DNA from: Callorhinchus milii
Lineage: Eukaryota
NCBI RefSeq assembly: GCF_018977255.1
Contig: NW_024704795.1
Span: forward strand, 248,001-312,000
Length of the DNA stretch: 64,000 nt
Reading direction: 5' to 3'
Shown in pieces: positions 58,812 through 64,000 of the stretch. The position numbers and the translations under genes were made by a program. How positions within the stretch are numbered: position 1 is the first letter of the stretch; every line of letters begins with the position of its first letter. Under the pieces are notes generated by a model. That model searched no databases. It saw only the letters and a list, made by a program, of their open reading frames with translations, and was not told where the DNA came from.

Positions 58812-61800
58812 TCACAGTGAGGATTGATGTAAGATTTGGGGAACAGAGTTGTCCTCCAGGGCTTTGGTGCCTTGATGCTGCAGATGTGGAAAAAAGGCAC
58901 AAAAAGATTAGAACATTTTATGTAAAAGAAGGAAAATGAAGAGAAAGCAAAAAATAAAGAGAGAAATGTAGTCACCGTCGTCTGTAAATCCCTGCTGTTT
59001 GCCTGCTGCCTCCGAAGCTCTGACTTGATGAGAGCTGTAACACATAGAGTAACATAACAATCAGCATCAATAGCATACACCTCCTGCCTCTCTCCCCTCA
59101 GCATTAGGTCTAACAAATAGAAGTACGTGGTTAGATGTGGAGCAAACTCTGCAGTAATGTAAGACTGACCCAACAAAAGGCAGAGCCCAAGTAAATCTTC
59201 AACTACACCCTCCCCCTTCCCTCCCTCCATGCCCCGCAGCACAGTGTATAATCACTGACCTGTCAGAACGCAGCCCACCAGGAGAAAGGCAGAGATGAAG
59301 ATGTTTCCTGGCACGGTCCCATGGTAATCGATGATTTTACCCTGACTGATGGTGAACATGATCCCAAACACCTGGAATGGAGGAAACAAACAGAGTTTTC
59401 CCAAACAGTCAGCACTGGCAGAGACAACAGATGAGCAGACTTGGCAGTATACGTGGACATTAGGCACTGGAATGAAGAGACAACACTAGCTCCTGGGGTT
59501 GGGGGAAGCAGACAGGGAGCCACAAGAATCTTGAATATCTGCACATTCTGGGATGGACAAATAGACAGTCGGAACAGGGTACTGGCAAGATGGGGGACAC
59601 AACACTGGCAGGATAGACGATGGAGGAGTGGATGTTGGTGGGACAGATGGGGAGGGCGGGGGGGCGCTAGTGGTGGGGGGTGGTGGTGACACATAGACCA
59701 ATGAGAGTGCTGGCTGATAAAAGCAAGTGCCTCCTGGAGTTCCTGAGCTTCAGTGAAATTGTGCGACACTGTACTTAGTGTGTGCTATTTCAGTTTGTCA
59801 TTTGAAATTATTTTTTAGGCTCTGAAACTCCCATACACAAGATTTCTGAGTCTCTTGTTTTCTGGCCCAGAGTTACAGAGTGTATTTAATTAGTCTGCAC
59901 TGTAAACCGGCAGATTGTGGTTTGATTGCTAGGATGTGCAGGTGTTTGTACAATACAAAATGACATTTGTATAGCCGCTCTCACGTCGGGAGGATGACCC
60001 AAGGTAAGTAGGCACGGGTGTGTGGGTAATTGTCCATGTATGAGTATGTGTGTGTGTGAAATTACATAAATAATACAGTACAGAAAAGCATCCTTACACA
60101 AACATACATAATTGTGAGTGTGCACACAGGTGTATATGCTTCACTGTTTGGCAGTTATACCTGGGCAGCCTCGTTAAGCAGACCTGAGGATGTGCCTTCA
60201 GACTCTGGGTAGGTAATTTCTGCACCAAACTCAAAGCCGACCGGCAGGTAACCCGTCATAAAAAACCTGTTCATGAACAGAAAGAAAGAAAATTCACAAA
60301 TCCCACAAGGAACAGCACATTACAGAAGGCTATTTGATGGCCTTGCAGTTCACTTTCCCACTGGAGCACTTTAATAATTATAATAATAACAATCCTTGCA
60401 TTTGATGTAGCGCTTTTCACGTCTTCTCGATGTCTCAAAGCACTTCACAGAATAGACTGTAAAGTGAATTGACTGTATATTTGTGGGCGAAACGCAGCAG
60501 CCAATTGCGCACAGCAGCGTCCTACAAATAGTCATGGATTGAAAGTTTATCATTGTTTTGTTTTGGAGGGATTATTATCAGGTGTGTGGAGTAAGAAAAC
60601 TTGCCCAAGGTTTCGCCCTCTGCCTGGAATTGAACCCAGGTGTCTCACTTGCAAGGCGAGTGCTCTAACCACTGAGCCACAGAACTCCACAATCCCCTTA
60701 ATCCCCTTATCCTGCTTTTCCCCAAATACTTGAGTATTATTTTTTCTCTGTTTTTTTATCCAGTTTCCCTTTAAAAGTTGTATGTTTCAAGGGACACGAA
60801 GAAACATGATCAGTGTGTGACTGCCACTCTGTCTCCGTGGCACTAGTGTACAGGATTATCCAGTAGTAAGTAGGCCCTTTGGCTCCCGGAAGCTAACACA
60901 TACCATATTGTTCCAAATTAAATATAAGATTTTGCCCCCTGTATTACGGTAAACAAAATGCTACTTGACTTTTATTTGTGAACTAATCAAAACTAGTACA
61001 ATGCTGTCACTAAAAATGGCAACAAAAAAAAGCCAGTTGTGTGGAAGAAGCATTAGCCGAAGCTGCTACAGAAATTCTCTGCACAGGGCAGGGCAGTCAC
61101 TAATCCCAGTAATAGCCCAGCACAATTCAGCTACTAAAGCCTGGGCCAATAGAAAAGTGCAGGGTGGGAATTATGGGCTGGTCGGAGGGGCTGAGAGGGA
61201 AGCTGGCAGTATCTTTCCTTAGGTTGAACATGGAATAAAACTCTCTCGCCAATTCTGGTTTCACGTTTCATATTGTTAAGACCATCTTTGTGCTATTTAG
61301 TTCCCTCCCCTCTCCCACCTCGTGCCCCTCAATACAAACCCCCATCACATTACTCACCCCATTATTCCAGCGGTGATGAACACCACCCAGATCAACCCCA
61401 CGTTCAGGGTGAAGCTGAAGACGAGCATCCCAGCAAAGGACAAGAAGTAAACAACCAGCGTAGTCTGTCTGAGGAAAGAAGAGTTCATATGCAGACAGTG
61501 CGGGTCAGTAGTGCATGCCGGGGTGCAGCAATGTGTGCAGCAATTTGTATATTACATTGAAACGTGGCAAAGTGCTTCACAAGTAATAACATCTATACTA
61601 ATAAAGTGTCTGCTGAGTATCTGTGTATCTGACAATCATGCAATATTGGGTATTTTTGGGGAGAACGCAGCAGCCAATTTGTACACCGCAATATCCAGAA
61701 TGACTCATTTTATGTGAGATAGATTGTCAGTTGGGACATTGAGAGAAACCGTGCTGTTACATCACCCCAGATCACATTCAGCTTCAAATCACTTCATGCA

Positions 61801-62280
61801 CCAGCAACTCTCTCAAATCTCTCTCCACCCCATTCCTCTACCGCACCCTTTGCTCAGCCAACTCTTGCCTCCTGCTTGTCCTTGGTCCCCTCTACTCCAC
61901 CATCATTAGCCAGATATTCAGCCACATGGGCAAGTACTGGCGGGAGTCAAGGTCCTTGTGGGACCCTCTTCCTGAACCAGCCTATGGTACAACAAGGGAC
62001 TCAGCTCTACTGCACCATACTTCTCGTCTCAGTGGGAAAGCCTTGGAGAAATCCCTGATTGTCCAGAGCCTTGGGACGTCCTCCCGACATGAAAGGCGCT
62101 ATACAAATGTAATATGTTATTTTTGTTGCTTTCCCTCAGCTAACCTGTACATAGCAGCTGCCTGGGGGTAACTTACTTGTATGTTTTGGTCCTGTCCAGC
62201 CAGAATCCACAGATGATGGAGCCAACCATTCCTGCAACCACAATGGTCAGACCAATCCTCCCAGCATTCACCTCCTCACC
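58812..62280 (-). CDS. FLVCR2: FLVCR2 (MFSD7C/SLC49A2) choline transporter, last six coding exons; the gene continues beyond the right window edge
   Basis: Exons 62280-62177 ([18 protein letters not shown]...WLDRTKTYK), 61468-61358, 60266-60161 ([31 protein letters not shown]), 59371-59260 ([15 protein letters not shown]), 59034-58976 ([13 protein letters not shown]) and 58877-58812 (last exon, less certain). Convergent with ERG28 as in human, which favours FLVCR2 over FLVCR1. Confidence 0.92.
60372..60688 (-). mobile_element. SINE, full length
   Basis: Matches the family consensus. Confidence 0.88.
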
Positions 62281-62989
62281 CTACAACAAACACAATAACC
62301 CATGAGCTCCACTGGTAAATATACATCTTCTTTGGGAGGGGAGAGGGGCAAGGAGTCAGTTGGTGGGGGCAAGTACCAACACAAAACAGGATAGGGGAAA
62401 AGAGAGAAATGGGATAAGGGTAATAATCAGATCACTTCATCAAAACATCTCAATCGCTTCCCAGGATTTATAATAAATGTAGTGACTGCATTTTTAAGGA
62501 CTCTGGGATGCCAGCCCACATGAAGGACCTTTGCATAAATTCAAGTTATATTGGGTTAGTCAGGCAAATAAGCAGCTGATTTGTACATAGCAATATCCCA
62601 CAAACAGCCAAGTAAGCAAATGAACAAGTGTTTTTGTTCAGGAATCTGGGAGAAACTCCCTTTTTGTTTGGAATGGTGCCACAGGATTTTAATGTTCACC
62701 TGAACCGGTAGACATAGGACGTCAATCTAAGTTTTCTTGCGAAGGACAATAGCTCCAACAATCCAGCCCAATCCCCCAGCAGAGAGTGGACCTAGACTGT
62801 GATCTGAAAGCCCTGAAATGCAACTCGAACCCATAAATTTCTGGCTCAATGGTGAAAGTGCCGACAGAGCGAGGTGACACCAGTAGGGAGCTGCAGTGGG
62901 GGAGTGAGCATTAGCACAGACATGTTTGGAAAAAGAACAGAAGAATGGGATTAGAGTAGAGAGCTACAGAAGAGCGAGCACCAGCACAG

Positions 62990-63632
62990 ACATGAAAGTT
63001 AATATGCAGGTACAGTAAGCAATAAGAAAGGCTAATAGCATGTTAGCGTTTATTGCAAAGGGGTTAGAATACAAGAGTAGGCAAGTCTTGCTGCAATTGT
63101 ATAGGGCCCTGGTGAGACTGCACCTAGAATATTGTGTGCAGTTTTGGTCTTATCTAAGAAAGGATATACTCGCCTTAGGTATACAATATAGGTTTACTAG
63201 GTTGGCTCCTGGGATGAGGAGGTTGACCTATGAGGAGAGGCCTATATTCTCTAGAATATAGAAAAATTAGAGGTGATCTTATAGAAACATATAAGATTTT
63301 TAAGGGTCTTGAAAGGGTAGACAGTGTGAAACTGTTTGCCCTGGTTGGAGAAACTAAAACTAGGGAGTCATACTCTCAGGATTAAAGGTCAGCCTTTTAG
63401 AACTGAGTTGAGAAACGATTTCTTCACTCAGAGGATAGTGAATTTATGGAGTTCTTTAGCCCAGAGGCTGTGGATGCTCAGTCCTTGAACATATTCATGA
63501 CTGAGATCAGCAGATGTTTTAAAAACTAAAGGGATTAAGGGATATGGGGATAGGGCGGCTGAATGGAATTAGGTTAGAAGATCAGCCATGATCTTATTAA
63601 ATGGTGGAGCAGGCTTGAGGGGCCGAATGGAT
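62990..63632 (+). mobile_element. CR1 LINE 3' fragment
   Basis: MLAFIAKGLEYKSRQVLLQLYRALVRLHLEYCVQFWS; tail GATCAGCCATGATCTT...GGAGCAGGCTTGAGGGGCCGAATGG. Confidence 0.88.
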
Positions 63633-64000
63633 ATGAAGCAAATGAACATTTTTTGACCTGTGTTCTAATTTCTGTGGATCTCTAAGCAAACAGCTCACTT
63701 TTGTGACTGGTCAATGTGTAGGCAAATGACCTGGACAGGGAGACATGATGGGAATTACATCTCTGAGAATTACATCAGAGGTTAGATTGCAAATCCTTTT
63801 ACATTTTACTAACTGGAACAGAATTTGGATTTATGGACAGATTTACCTGCCCCATTACTGGAAACAGAATTCCATATGGGATTCATTAACTTTAAACAGG
63901 AACAATTATTATTTATATAGCAGCTTTCACTTACAAAAACATTTAACAATTCTCAGGAGGAGGGGAAATACAATGGAGGGAGAAAGGAGCAATGGAGGGG

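Noticed and set aside
58340-59242. 300-aa ORF as an independent gene
   Set aside because: It spans FLVCR2 intron, one short exon and 3' UTR. Only [13 protein letters not shown]... is genuine coding sequence.

Overview
This is eukaryotic vertebrate genomic DNA with two N gaps. The repeat content (tRNA-headed Deu-domain SINEs, CR1 and L2 LINEs, a 54-bp shark-type minisatellite) points to a cartilaginous fish, probably a chimaera; that assignment is inference. I reconstructed six spliced genes by hand, all with human orthologues on 14q24.3: TMEM63C (-, 5' part only), ZDHHC22 (+), EIF2B2 (+, complete, 8 exons), MLH3 (-, complete, 12 coding exons), ERG28 (+, complete) and FLVCR2 (-, 3' part only). 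Introns and intergenic DNA are dense with SINEs, LINE fragments and tandem repeats. The most unusual observations: (1) a 98-bp near-perfect, spacer-less palindrome built from ZNF143/E-box modules in the MLH3-ERG28 bidirectional promoter; (2) an 11x19-bp array directly upstream of EIF2B2 that reads both as YY1 sites and as a GCN4/ATF4-like uORF cluster; (3) an extremely GC-rich MLH3 ATPase domain with eroded motifs; (4) a strand-biased intronic minisatellite carrying branch-point-like motifs; (5) a Penelope-type hammerhead ribozyme relic; (6) two L2 copies that share the same frameshifts. Comparisons with human proteins and gene structures are from memory, not from searches. Repeat boundaries are approximate.
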